Origin: Pseudomonadota bacterium
GTDB taxonomy: Bacteria; Bdellovibrionota_B; Oligoflexia; Oligoflexales; CAIYRB01
NCBI GenBank assembly: GCA_031416315.1
Contig: JANOTL010000068.1
Span: 1 to 35,012 of the forward strand
DNA: 35,012 nucleotides
Reading direction: 5' to 3'
The notes beneath the pieces were generated by a model. The model was not told the origin of the DNA. It did not search any database and saw only the letters and a program-made list of their open reading frames with translations. The position numbers were made by a program, and so were the translations under genes. Below, piece after piece: positions 7,948-17,021 of the stretch; position 1 is the stretch's first letter; each line of letters begins with the position of its first letter.

Positions 7948-9192
7948 CTACAGGGTCGTAGCGGTCCGACCCCGCCTCAGGGCAAAGACTAAGCTCAACG
8001 TCACGCCGACCAGCGCCGCGAGTGCCATGCCCTTGATCTCGACGCCGCCGAGATGCACGGCGGCGCCGCTCAGGCCCAGCGCGAAAACGGTCGCGGTGAG
8101 CGTCAGATTGCGCGGGTCGCCGTAGTCGACCTTGCGCTCGACGGCCAAGCGAACGCCCGCGACGGCGATGACGCCGAAGAGGACAAGGCAGACGCCGCCC
8201 ATCACCGCGACCGGGATGCTTTGGATGAGCGCCGCGAGCTTGCCGCAAAACGCGACGAGGATCGCCAACACCGCGGCACCGCCGATCACCCAGACGCTGT
8301 AGACGCGGGTCATCGCCATGACGCCGATGTTCTCGCCGTAAGTGGTGTTCGGCGTGGCGCCGACGGCGCCGCTCAGCACGTTGCTCAGGCCGTCGGCGAA
8401 GAGGGAGCGGCCCAGGCCCGGATCCTTCACGAGATCCTTGCCGACGATCTCGCCGGTCACGACGAGGTGACCGACGTGCTCTGCGAGGACGACGAGCGCC
8501 GCAGGCGCGATCATCAAAATGGCGGTGAGGTCGAAGATCGGCGCCGAGAACGCGGGAAGGCGCAGCCACGGGGCTTCGATGACCTTAGAGAGATCGACGA
8601 GGCCCTGCGCGGCCGCGAGGCCGTAGCCGCAGAAGACGCCGCAGACGATCGGGATGGCGGCGAAAAAGCCGCGGAAAAAGGCGGCGCCGAGCACCGTGGC
8701 GGCGAGCGTGCCGAGGGAGGTGACGAGAATCGCGCGGTGAAGAGCGGGATCCGGCGTTCCGGTGAGCCCCGCCATGCCCGCGGCGACGGGCAGGAGCTCC
8801 AGACCGATGATCGCGACGACGGGCGCCATCGCGGCCGGCGGCAAGGCGATCTCGAGCCAGCGCGTGCCGAAGACGCGCACGACCGCGGCGACGAGCAGGA
8901 AGAAGAGCCCAAAGGCGATGAAGCCGCCTTGCGCGGCCGGGAAGTTGGCGATGGCGGCGACGGGCGCGATGAAGGCGAAGCTCGAGCCGAGGTAGGCGGG
9001 AATTTTGCCGCGGCAGAGCGCGAGGTAAAGAAGCGTGCCGATGCCGTTCATCAAGAGCGCCGTCGACGGGTCGACTTTCAGCAGGAATGGGACGAGGACC
9101 GTGGCGCCGAACATCGCGAGCAGGTGCTGCAGGCTGAGCGGAAGGCCGCGGGCGAGGGAGGGACGCTCGTGGACGTCGAGAATCGGGCGCAT
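7948..9192 (-). CDS. uraA: Uracil/xanthine permease (NCS2 family), UraA-like
   Basis: 'SLQHLLAMFGATVLVP', 'IPAYLGSSFAFIAP', 'EHVGH' and NCS2 signature 'TPNTTYGENIGVMAMTRVYS'. Confidence 0.9.
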   Translation of the reverse strand: MRPILDVHERPSLARGLPLSLQHLLAMFGATVLVPFLLKVDPSTALLMNGIGTLLYLALCRGKIPAYLGSSFAFIAPVAAIANFPAAQGGFIAFGLFFLLVAAVVRVFGTRWLEIALPPAAMAPVVAIIGLELLPVAAGMAGLTGTPDPALHRAILVTSLGTLAATVLGAAFFRGFFAAIPIVCGVFCGYGLAAAQGLVDLSKVIEAPWLRLPAFSAPIFDLTAILMIAPAALVVLAEHVGHLVVTGEIVGKDLVKDPGLGRSLFADGLSNVLSGAVGATPNTTYGENIGVMAMTRVYSVWVIGGAAVLAILVAFCGKLAALIQSIPVAVMGGVCLVLFGVIAVAGVRLAVERKVDYGDPRNLTLTATVFALGLSGAAVHLGGVEIKGMALAALVGVTLSLVFALRRGRTATTL

Positions 9193-9235
9193 GCTGAGTT
9201 TTCCAGAGGCTAGAGGAAGGTTGCTGGCGGAACGG

Positions 9236-9901
9236 CTAGACGTAAGACCCGAGGTCGAGCTCGGTGAGCGAGGTGAGACGCGCGTCGGCCTCGGAGAAAT
9301 CCAGGAATTTCGTCACGGCGTTCGGCACGGCGACGACGCGCATCCCGGCCGCCTTCGCGGCGCGGACGCCATTGAGCGAGTCCTCGCAGACGAGACAGTG
9401 CGCGGCCAGGACGCCCAAGCCCGCGGCGGCGGCGAGATAGACGTCGGGATAGGGCTTGGCGCGCGGAACGTCCTCGCGGCCGCGGATCAGATCGAAGCGC
9501 GAGAGGAGGCCCACACGCTCGAGATGGGAAGTGACCCAGGCGCGCGACGAGCTGGAGGCGACGGCGAGCTTCAGATTCCGGCGGCGCGCCGCGTCTAGGA
9601 GCGGGACGACGCCGGGGAGCGGCGGCTTCGCGTCGCAGATCACTTTTTTGCGGGCGTCCTTGTCCGCGAAGAGGGCGAGGCGATCGAGCGTCGCGGCGCG
9701 GGCGGCGTCGCGGGGCGAGAGCAGCTCGTCGAGATGGGTGACCGGATCGAACGGCGAGTCGGCGGCGCCGACGCAGGCGACCCAGCGCTCGAGGCGGAGC
9801 TCGACGCCGTGCTCGCGGTAGATTGCGGACCAAGCTTCGAAGGCGGGGCCTTCGGTGTCGACGATCAAACCGTCGAAATCGAGGATCAGGGCCGAAAGCA
9901 T
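9236..9901 (-). CDS. HAD-superfamily hydrolase, subfamily IA (beta-phosphoglucomutase/CbbY-like phosphatase)
   Basis: Motif I 'ILDFDGLIVDTE', motif II 'VASSS', 'KPYPDVY' and 'EDSLNGVRAAKAAGM'. Confidence 0.9.
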   Translation of the reverse strand: MLSALILDFDGLIVDTEGPAFEAWSAIYREHGVELRLERWVACVGAADSPFDPVTHLDELLSPRDAARAATLDRLALFADKDARKKVICDAKPPLPGVVPLLDAARRRNLKLAVASSSSRAWVTSHLERVGLLSRFDLIRGREDVPRAKPYPDVYLAAAAGLGVLAAHCLVCEDSLNGVRAAKAAGMRVVAVPNAVTKFLDFSEADARLTSLTELDLGSYV

Positions 9902-10034
9902 GGGCGGGGTCTCCAAAGCCTTCGGAGAGTACCCTGGATCTCCGGGAAGCGCGAGGGAAGGCGGGCACTTGGCGGAAGGGGAAAAGTCTCAAGTTCGTCT
10001 TTTCGAGTCCGATAGATAGGCGGACCGCAAACGC

Positions 10035-10682
10035 ATGGGGTCAGGCTCGGTGGCCAACGGCATCAAATTTCGCAGCACGATCGGGACGGACTTCGACCCG
10101 ATGCAGCCTTCGCGCTCGCATTTCGACTTCGTCAAACCGGACGAGATGCGCTTCCTGAAGAACGCCGACGAGGTGCGCGCTTCCCTGCCGATCGAGTCGA
10201 TGGTCCTATCATGGTTCGACCGCTTCCCCATGCAGCCCGCACTCCCGACGCATCATCGCATGATGGAAGCGGACCACCCGTATTACGACGACCACTCGCT
10301 CTTCGTCTGCAACATGCTGCAAACGGCGGCGGAATACCACCGAATGAACCGGGACAAGGCTCGTGTCGAAGACATCGACGAGCGCTTCTTCGCGCGCTGG
10401 CTCACCGAGTTCAACACGATGCAGGACCACGGCAAGCGCATGGTCGCGGCCGAGTCGATGCGGATCCTGGCGGCGATCAACGTGTCGACCGCGAGGGCCA
10501 TGAACGAGCGCGCCGTAGCGTTTCAAGCGCGCATCGAGCGCGCCGAGGTCCTGGAGGAAGTGCGGCGGCACGTGCACGAGGCGCACGCCGAATCGGCGCA
10601 GAAAGAGCGCGAATTCCGCCACCAGCAGTCGCTGGGAGTGGCGCAAGGGATGAATCAGAACCGGCCTCGGGGGAAGAAGTGA
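10035..10682 (+). CDS. Hypothetical helical protein
   Basis: 215-aa ORF with host-like GC3-rich codons. Its stop overlaps the next start (TGATG). No family recognised. Confidence 0.7.
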   Translation: MGSGSVANGIKFRSTIGTDFDPMQPSRSHFDFVKPDEMRFLKNADEVRASLPIESMVLSWFDRFPMQPALPTHHRMMEADHPYYDDHSLFVCNMLQTAAEYHRMNRDKARVEDIDERFFARWLTEFNTMQDHGKRMVAAESMRILAAINVSTARAMNERAVAFQARIERAEVLEEVRRHVHEAHAESAQKEREFRHQQSLGVAQGMNQNRPRGKK

Positions 10683-11890
10683 TGCAGGGCGTGAACGAGA
10701 TCCGGATGTTCCTCAAGGGCTTCACCCGCAGCCAGCCGATGCCGACCGAGGCGCGCGAGCGCTTGGCCGGCATCATCTCGTGGCGCCGGGTGACGCGGGC
10801 CGACGAGCCGGCGATGTTCGGCGTCGACGCGGCGGCCGGCTGCGAGGTGTGCTGGCAAATTCGCGCGCCCGAGGGCCAAGAGAAGGCGGCGCTGGAAGTG
10901 CGCGGCTTGATCGAGAGAAGCTACGCCGGGACCGGCATCGTGATCGTCGAGGTCGGAACGGGGCGACTGGAGCGGCGCAGTGGCAGCCCGGCGGGCGCCT
11001 CCGAGAAACCGGCCGCGGACGCGGTGAAGGCGACGCCAGCCGTCGGCAGCGCGGCGGGAGTCGAGCCGGAGGCACTAGTGCCGCAACCTGTCCCGGAAGG
11101 CGCGGAAGCGGCCCCGTCCTTGTCGATCGTGCCGCCGATCGTCGTCTCTGCGCCGGAAAGACCGAAAGCGGCCGAGCCCGTGAACTCAGTGGCGGTGATT
11201 CCGCCGCCGCCGGGCGCCTTCGGGACGCCGATTCCGACGGCGGTGCCGGGACCTGCGAATATCGCCGTGCCGCCGCCGCCGCCGCCGCGCCTCAGCGTCG
11301 TGCCGACGTCCGCCGTGGCAAAAGAAATCGTCGCCGCGAAGCAAGCGGCGTATCAACAACGGCTCGACGAAGCCTTCCGCACGCTCCTAGTGCATTGCGA
11401 TCATCCGGAGTTCGACGCGGAGGCGCAACGCCTCCTGGGCTGCTGCTATCACTATCGCGAGACCCCGGATTTCGAGAACGCGGTGCTTTGGTTCCGTAAG
11501 GCGGCCGAAAGTGGCGACGCGGCCGCGATGTTCAACCTCGCGCGGTTGGCCGAGACGGGCCGCGGCATGAAGCAGGACTACGTCGAAGCGCTTCGCTGGT
11601 ACGAAGAGGCCGTGGCGAAGGGCGACTCCGACGCAGCCTATAACCTCGCATTCGCGTTCTTGCAGGGCACGTTCGCGCCTGCGAACAAGCTCAGGGCGAT
11701 CGAGCTGTTCACCAAAGCCGCAATGGCGGGACACGCCTCGGCGCAGTTCAATCTCGGCCTGATGTTCTACAACGGCGACGCGGTCGAGACGGACTACGAA
11801 AAGGCGTCGCTATGGTTGAATCGGGCCGCGGCGCAGGGTCATGCGAAAGCCAAGATCGCGTTGCAGCAGTTGGGGCGGCAAGGGACGTGA
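10682..11890 (+). CDS. Sel1-repeat (SLR/TPR) protein with a proline-rich linker
   Basis: C-terminal SLR motifs 'AVLWFRKAAESGDAAAMFNLA' and 'AQFNLGLMFYNGDAVETDYEKASLWLNRAAAQG'. ATG at 10682 is coupled to the upstream stop. Confidence 0.85.
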   Translation: MQGVNEIRMFLKGFTRSQPMPTEARERLAGIISWRRVTRADEPAMFGVDAAAGCEVCWQIRAPEGQEKAALEVRGLIERSYAGTGIVIVEVGTGRLERRSGSPAGASEKPAADAVKATPAVGSAAGVEPEALVPQPVPEGAEAAPSLSIVPPIVVSAPERPKAAEPVNSVAVIPPPPGAFGTPIPTAVPGPANIAVPPPPPPRLSVVPTSAVAKEIVAAKQAAYQQRLDEAFRTLLVHCDHPEFDAEAQRLLGCCYHYRETPDFENAVLWFRKAAESGDAAAMFNLARLAETGRGMKQDYVEALRWYEEAVAKGDSDAAYNLAFAFLQGTFAPANKLRAIELFTKAAMAGHASAQFNLGLMFYNGDAVETDYEKASLWLNRAAAQGHAKAKIALQQLGRQGT

Positions 11891-11974
11891 ACCGAAATCG
11901 GACCATTACTCGTCGTCGCCGATGATCGCCCACGGCGCTACCGACCAGAGCAGGCGATCCGACGCCTAAGCGCA

Positions 11975-12817
11975 TCAATTGACCGAAAGGAGCAACGGAC
12001 CTTCGGCCGGCAAGAGCGGCCGCGGGTCGACCGCCTTGTTGGCGGTGTTGTGAAACTCCAGATGCAGATGCGGGCCCTTGGCGTTGCCGCTGGTGCCGAT
12101 CTTGCCGATGGTGGCGTGACGCAGGACGCGGTCGCCTTGGCTGACCTCGACGGAGCTGAGGTGAGCGTAGAGCGAGCGCCACTTGCCGTGGCGGATGATG
12201 ACGGTGCGGCCGTAGCCGCGCTTCGAGCCGACGAACTCGACGACGCCGGGGCCGGCGGCGCCGATGGCCTGGCCGTAAGGCGCGCGGATGTCGATCCCTT
12301 CGTGCGCACGGCGGCCGCGGCGCCCGAAGGAGGACGAGATCTGGCCCGCGACCGGCCAGGCGAAAAACGTGGCGGCGGCGCCGTCGTTGCCGTTGAAGAA
12401 GAGGCCCTTCTTCTTGCCGCCGCCGCGATTGGCCGGCGCTTTGGCGGAAGCCTTGCCGTCGTCGGTCGGGATGTCGTCCTCGGTGAAGGTGACGTCGTCC
12501 GCGGGGGAGAGCTTGCCGACGGGCGGCCGCTTAGCGACACGCGGCGCTTTCACGCTGGCCGCCTCCGCGCCGGCGACGAGACCGCCGGGGCCCGGCGCGA
12601 TTCTGAGGATGGTGCCGGGCCGAGTGCCTTCGCCCGGCGCGAGATCGTTCAAGCTCGCGATCTTTTCCCAGGTGGTGTCGTATTTTTGCGCGATGGCGGC
12701 GAGGGTGTCGCCCTTTTCGATACGGATGAGATAGATCGGCGCGCCGCCGCCCGTGGTGGCGCAAGCGGAGACTAGAGTCCAGCACGCAAGCGCGGCGAAC
12801 AAGAGGACGTGCTTCAT
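11975..12817 (-). CDS. LysM + M23 peptidase lipoprotein (NlpD-like)
   Basis: Lipobox VSAC, LysM 'IEKGDTLAAIAQKYDTTWEKIASLN', and M23 motifs 'HEGIDI', 'YAHL', 'GPHLHLE'. Lies downstream of surE with an ATGA overlap. Confidence 0.9.
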   Translation of the reverse strand: MKHVLLFAALACWTLVSACATTGGGAPIYLIRIEKGDTLAAIAQKYDTTWEKIASLNDLAPGEGTRPGTILRIAPGPGGLVAGAEAASVKAPRVAKRPPVGKLSPADDVTFTEDDIPTDDGKASAKAPANRGGGKKKGLFFNGNDGAAATFFAWPVAGQISSSFGRRGRRAHEGIDIRAPYGQAIGAAGPGVVEFVGSKRGYGRTVIIRHGKWRSLYAHLSSVEVSQGDRVLRHATIGKIGTSGNAKGPHLHLEFHNTANKAVDPRPLLPAEGPLLLSVN

Positions 12818-13611
12818 GCGCTGGGCTCCTTCAAAGCTTGATCGAGTCGACTTTCCGAGGGACGCAGCCGGGCGTTGGCCTCGTGGTTCACGTGGTCGGG
12901 CTCAAGTACCGAGACGGTGACGTAGCCTTCCGCGAGGAGATTACAGTCGGAGCCGGGAAGGTCGTCGAAGGCTTCCCCACCGCCGCCGACCCAGTAATAA
13001 GGGCGTCCGCGCGGATCGGTGCCTTTGACGATCTGCTGGTCGTAGATGCGACGGCCGAGCGAGGCGACGCGCACGCCCCGCATCTGCGCGAGCGGTAGAT
13101 CGGGGATGTTGACGTTGATCACGGTCTGGAATCCTGGCGTGCGCAGCACGAGCTCGTGGTCGAGCAGGGTGCGGACGACCTTCACGCAGTCGAGATAGGC
13201 GGCGAGGTCGAAGGCGTTGCGGCGGGCGAAGGAAAAGGCGACCGCGGGCAGGCCGTGGATCGCGCCCTCCATCGCGGCGGCGACGGTGCCGGAGTAGAGC
13301 GTGTCCTGGCCGATGTTGCTGCCGCGGTTGATGCCGGACAGAACCCAGTCCGGCTTTCGGTCGACGAGCTCGTTGACGGCGAAAAGCACGCAGTCGGTCG
13401 GCGTGCCCTCGAGGGCATAGACGTTCGACTCGAGCCGTTCGCAACGCAGGGGCGTAGACAAGGTCAGGGCTTGGCCGGCTCCGGAGCGCTCGACGTGCGG
13501 CGCGACGACGATGACGTCGGCGACCCCTTCGACCGCGAGCCGCAGCGCGCGCAGGCCGGGCGCGTGCACGCCGTCGTCATTTACCAGCAAAAATAATGGC
13601 TTACGGTTCAT
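12814..13611 (-). CDS. surE: 5'/3'-nucleotidase SurE
   Basis: 'LLVNDDGVHAPGL', 'GTPTDCV' and 'SGINRGSNIGQDTLYSGTVAAAMEG'. Confidence 0.95.
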   Translation of the reverse strand: MNRKPLFLLVNDDGVHAPGLRALRLAVEGVADVIVVAPHVERSGAGQALTLSTPLRCERLESNVYALEGTPTDCVLFAVNELVDRKPDWVLSGINRGSNIGQDTLYSGTVAAAMEGAIHGLPAVAFSFARRNAFDLAAYLDCVKVVRTLLDHELVLRTPGFQTVINVNIPDLPLAQMRGVRVASLGRRIYDQQIVKGTDPRGRPYYWVGGGGEAFDDLPGSDCNLLAEGYVTVSVLEPDHVNHEANARLRPSESRLDQALKEPSA

Positions 13612-13630
13612 GCGCCGCCATGAAACGATC

Positions 13631-13654
13631 GCGGCGGGCAAGGACGCCCGCCGC
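13631..13654 (-). terminator. GC-rich stem-loop between gltG-like and surE (terminator or intercistronic hairpin)
   Basis: GCGGCGGGC-AAGGAC-GCCCGCCGC forms a 9-bp perfect stem 15 nt after the gltG-like stop. The U-tract is weak. Confidence 0.45.
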
Positions 13655-13669
13655 TAAACTAGATTGGAT

Positions 13670-15874
13670 TTACAGGGGGTTGAATACGAAGGGATAGTTG
13701 ACGGTGACCGGCGAGCCGCCGCGCGGCTTCGGGAAGCCCCAGCGTTGGATCTTGCCCGTGACGCAGCCGCGCATCTGCGAGTCGGAGATCGAGGAGTCCG
13801 TGACCGAGACCGAGGTGACGCGCCCGTTGGTACCGATGATGAAGAGCGTCGACATCTTCCCGGCCGAGTTCGGCGAGCGCTGGAGGAGCTGCTCGTAGCA
13901 GTGACGGATCTGGTTCAGGTTGGCGCGGATGACGGCCATGATCTCCTGCGAGGTCAAGCCGCCCGAGACCACCGGGTCGCCCGCGGGCAAGGTCACTTCC
14001 GCTTTGCCGTGGCCGCCTTTGCCGCCACCGCCGCCGCCGCCACCGCCGCCAAAGCCGCCGGCGAGGCCGCCGCCGCCCGCGCCGCCGGACCCGCCTTGGC
14101 CGCCGAGAAAGCCGCCGGAGCCGGCGCCGAAATTGTTCACGGCGCCGCCGGAGCCGGCGAGGCCGAGCGATTTACCGCCGCCGACGCCGCCCATGCCGTA
14201 AGTCTTCGAGGCCGAGCCCATGCCGCCGCCGGCGCCGCCGGCGGAGGATTTGAAGTTGGTCGAGATGCCGCCCGACTGGTTCATGATCTTGCCGACGCCC
14301 AGGCCGAGCTTCGACAGGTTCACGCCGGACGCCTTGTTGTTGTTCACGCCCTCGACGCCCTTGAAGTCGGCGGCGCCCTTGCCTTTGATGGGCGCGCCCT
14401 TCTGGTTCATGCCGGAGCCCTGCGGGCCCCCGGATTTACCGAGCACGGGGTTGTTCTGCGGGCCGGAGAGCTTGAAGTCGGGAGACTTCGCGCCCGTGGA
14501 CGGCATGCCGACCGAGAGCTTGGTGAGGGAAGGCGATTTCGGTCCCGCCGATTTGTTCGGATCGGCCGGCGTCGCCGGGCCCGCAGGCTTCGACTCCGAG
14601 GCCTTTTGCGGCGTCGGTGTCGGGACTTTCGGCGGCACCTTCGTCTCAGTCAGGACCTTCGTCGGCTGCGGCTTCTCGATCGGCTTCTTCACCGGCTCGG
14701 GCTGCTTCGGCTTCTCTTTCTCGACGGGCTTCGCCGGCTTGACGGGCTCTTTCTTCGGCGGCGGCGGCGGCTTTTTCGGCGGCGTCTTCTTCTCCGCGAC
14801 CTTGATCGGCGGCTTCTCTTTCTTCTTCTCTTCCGGCTTCTTCTTCTCGTCCTTCTTCGGCACTTCGAGGACGATGGGCTTGTCGTCTTCCGCCGAGTCC
14901 TTCGCGTGCGCCGGCGTCACGACGTTCACGCCGATGATCAAGGCGGAGTAACAGATGAAGAAGAAGATCGTCATCGCCATGAAGATCGGGTCGCGCGGGC
15001 CCGAACGCGGGATGTTGAGGGACGGCGGGCGCACGAACATCAAGAAGTAGCTGACGGCGCCGTATTTCACGTGCGCGATGTCGCGCGACGAGAGCGACGC
15101 GGAGCCGGCGTCCTTCATCTTCTCGACTTTGCCGCCGCGGCGAAGCCGCGCCTGCATGCCGTCGATCAGCTTCAGCTTGAAGCCGTCGCTGCCGATCGTG
15201 GCCAAGGTCATCTTGTCGAAGTGCGCCTTGCCGGCCGCGATCAAATGGGCCTTCGTCGGGTCACCGATGGTGACCGACTCGAAGCCCTTATGCGTCGGGT
15301 GGAAGAGCTCGACCTCGAGGACGGTGTCGCCCCAATACGCGACGCATTCCAGCACGTCGCCTTGCGGCTTCGCGTGACGCGGCGAGAAGAGCATGTCCTT
15401 GCGCTCGGCGACGCCGCCGGCCGCTTTGTTCGCTTCGGCTTGCTGGTGCGCCTCGGCGGGCGAAGCGCCCGCGCGGCGCGCGGCCATCTCGTCCGGCGGC
15501 ACGCGCACGGTGGCGCCGGGGCCGGCGCCGACGGCCTGCGGAATGCCGGGCATCGCCATCGGCGTGGCCGCCGACGCGCCGGAAAGCTGCACGTCGACGA
15601 CGACCGAGCCGACCGTGATGCGGTCGCCTTCCTTGATCCGTTCTTCGACGTCGAGCAACCGGCCGTTGATCTTCACGCCGGTGGCGGAGCCAAGGTCGGT
15701 GATGACGTAGCCGCCCGTCGGGTCTTCCTCGATCAGCGCATGGATCGGGTCGACACCCGGCGCACGCAAAACAATCTGATTCGACAGCAAAGCGCCGATC
15801 TTGAAGGTCTGTTGGTCGATCGGGACGACCCGCTCGACCTGGCCTGGGATAGTGAAGCGTAACTCGAGAGCCAT
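13670..15874 (-). CDS. gltG: GltG/PglI-like protein: FHA-like domain, TM helix, Pro/Lys- and Gly-rich linker, AgmX/PglI TonB-like C-terminal domain
   Basis: FHA-like 'FKIG...HALI...DLGSATGVKING', TM 'IFMAMTIFFFICYSALIIGV', and C-terminus 'GGLTSQEI...IRHCYEQLLQRSP...WGFPKPRGG.PVTVNYPFVF'. Operon context agrees. Confidence 0.85.
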   Translation of the reverse strand: MALELRFTIPGQVERVVPIDQQTFKIGALLSNQIVLRAPGVDPIHALIEEDPTGGYVITDLGSATGVKINGRLLDVEERIKEGDRITVGSVVVDVQLSGASAATPMAMPGIPQAVGAGPGATVRVPPDEMAARRAGASPAEAHQQAEANKAAGGVAERKDMLFSPRHAKPQGDVLECVAYWGDTVLEVELFHPTHKGFESVTIGDPTKAHLIAAGKAHFDKMTLATIGSDGFKLKLIDGMQARLRRGGKVEKMKDAGSASLSSRDIAHVKYGAVSYFLMFVRPPSLNIPRSGPRDPIFMAMTIFFFICYSALIIGVNVVTPAHAKDSAEDDKPIVLEVPKKDEKKKPEEKKKEKPPIKVAEKKTPPKKPPPPPKKEPVKPAKPVEKEKPKQPEPVKKPIEKPQPTKVLTETKVPPKVPTPTPQKASESKPAGPATPADPNKSAGPKSPSLTKLSVGMPSTGAKSPDFKLSGPQNNPVLGKSGGPQGSGMNQKGAPIKGKGAADFKGVEGVNNNKASGVNLSKLGLGVGKIMNQSGGISTNFKSSAGGAGGGMGSASKTYGMGGVGGGKSLGLAGSGGAVNNFGAGSGGFLGGQGGSGGAGGGGLAGGFGGGGGGGGGGKGGHGKAEVTLPAGDPVVSGGLTSQEIMAVIRANLNQIRHCYEQLLQRSPNSAGKMSTLFIIGTNGRVTSVSVTDSSISDSQMRGCVTGKIQRWGFPKPRGGSPVTVNYPFVFNPL

Positions 15875-15957
15875 GGGAATCCTTCTCGCTCGGTCCGTCC
15901 TTGGTACGGGCGATCACACACGTCATGAACCGGAAATCGCGGGGATGCTTAGGACTA

Positions 15958-17013
15958 TTATGCCGATCCGCCGCCGCTACCGCTACCGCCGCCGCTGCCC
16001 TTCTTACCGCCGCCCTTCTCCTGCTGCTCCTGCTTGGCCTTCGCCTGGTCGAGCTCGATCTCGGTCAGCTGGTTCACGATCCGCTCGTCCCAGCTCGACT
16101 CACCGCCCTTGGCGCCCTGCGCGCGCTTCATGTATTCTTTCGCCTTGGCGTAATTCTTCTTGTTTTGCGCTTCGACCAAGCCGCAGTTGAAGAGCGCCGC
16201 CTTATGGCTCTTCTCCTTGCCCAAGACCGCATCGCACAGGCTGTTGGCGCGGTTGGCGTCGCCTTCCATACGCGCGATCGAGATCATCGCGTACTTCACG
16301 AACCAGTCGTTCTGGTAGTCGCCGAGGGCGCTTTTGGCCGTGTTGAGGTCGCCGCCTTTCAGCGCCGTGAAGCCCAAATTGTATTTCGCGGGCTTGTAGT
16401 TGCCGACCGCCTTCAGGGCCTCCCGGAAGAAGCTGACGGCCTCCGGGACGCGACCGTCGTTCAGGGCGACGACGCCCAGCGCGTTGTAGGCGCCGGCCTT
16501 CACCTTGGCGTTCTTCGACTCGGTGAGCGTCTGCAGGTAGAACTCGGCCAGAAAGAAGTTCTTGGCTTGGATGGCGGCGAGCGCGATGTCGAGCTTCACC
16601 ACGTCGTCGACGGCTTTCCCCGGCTGCTTCTGCATCTCGAGGTCGGCGAGCTTCCTCGCCGAGCCCATGACGGCCGAGACGCCCTTTTTCGACAGGCGGT
16701 CGGCCGAGATCTTGCCCTCGAGGTTCTTCTTGTCCTTGCCGCCGCCGAAGCTGTCGGCTTTGTCGCCGTTGATCGAGAGCGAGGTGAGGGAGTTGTTGGA
16801 GAGCGATTGCGCCAGGGTCACGCGGTTGGCCGAGGCCTCGCCACCGCCGCCGCCGCTGTCTTTGGCGCCTTCGCCGCCGCCGCCCGAGGCCTTGACGCCG
16901 TCGTCACCCTCTTTTTCGTCGCCGGAGCAACCGAAGGCGAAGAGCGCGAGGGACGCGGTGAGGCTCGCCGCCAAGAGGCGCGCCACCTTTCTTTCGAGTA
17001 GGTCCAGGATCAT
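15958..17013 (-). CDS. TPR lipoprotein, GltE/AglT-like
   Basis: Lipobox AFGC and TPRs 'AYNALGVVAL', 'AKYNLGFTAL', 'ALFNCGLVE'. Sits between gltD-like and gltG-like. Start is ATG 17013 or GTG 17019. Confidence 0.75.
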   Translation of the reverse strand: MILDLLERKVARLLAASLTASLALFAFGCSGDEKEGDDGVKASGGGGEGAKDSGGGGGEASANRVTLAQSLSNNSLTSLSINGDKADSFGGGKDKKNLEGKISADRLSKKGVSAVMGSARKLADLEMQKQPGKAVDDVVKLDIALAAIQAKNFFLAEFYLQTLTESKNAKVKAGAYNALGVVALNDGRVPEAVSFFREALKAVGNYKPAKYNLGFTALKGGDLNTAKSALGDYQNDWFVKYAMISIARMEGDANRANSLCDAVLGKEKSHKAALFNCGLVEAQNKKNYAKAKEYMKRAQGAKGGESSWDERIVNQLTEIELDQAKAKQEQQEKGGGKKGSGGGSGSGGGSA

Positions 17014-17021
17014 CTTCACCC

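Noticed and set aside
13990..14870. GCC/CCG-rich and CTT-rich quasi-repeats
   Set aside because: Explained by the Gly-rich and Pro/Lys-rich low-complexity linker of the GltG-like protein. Not a CRISPR array or DNA tandem repeat.
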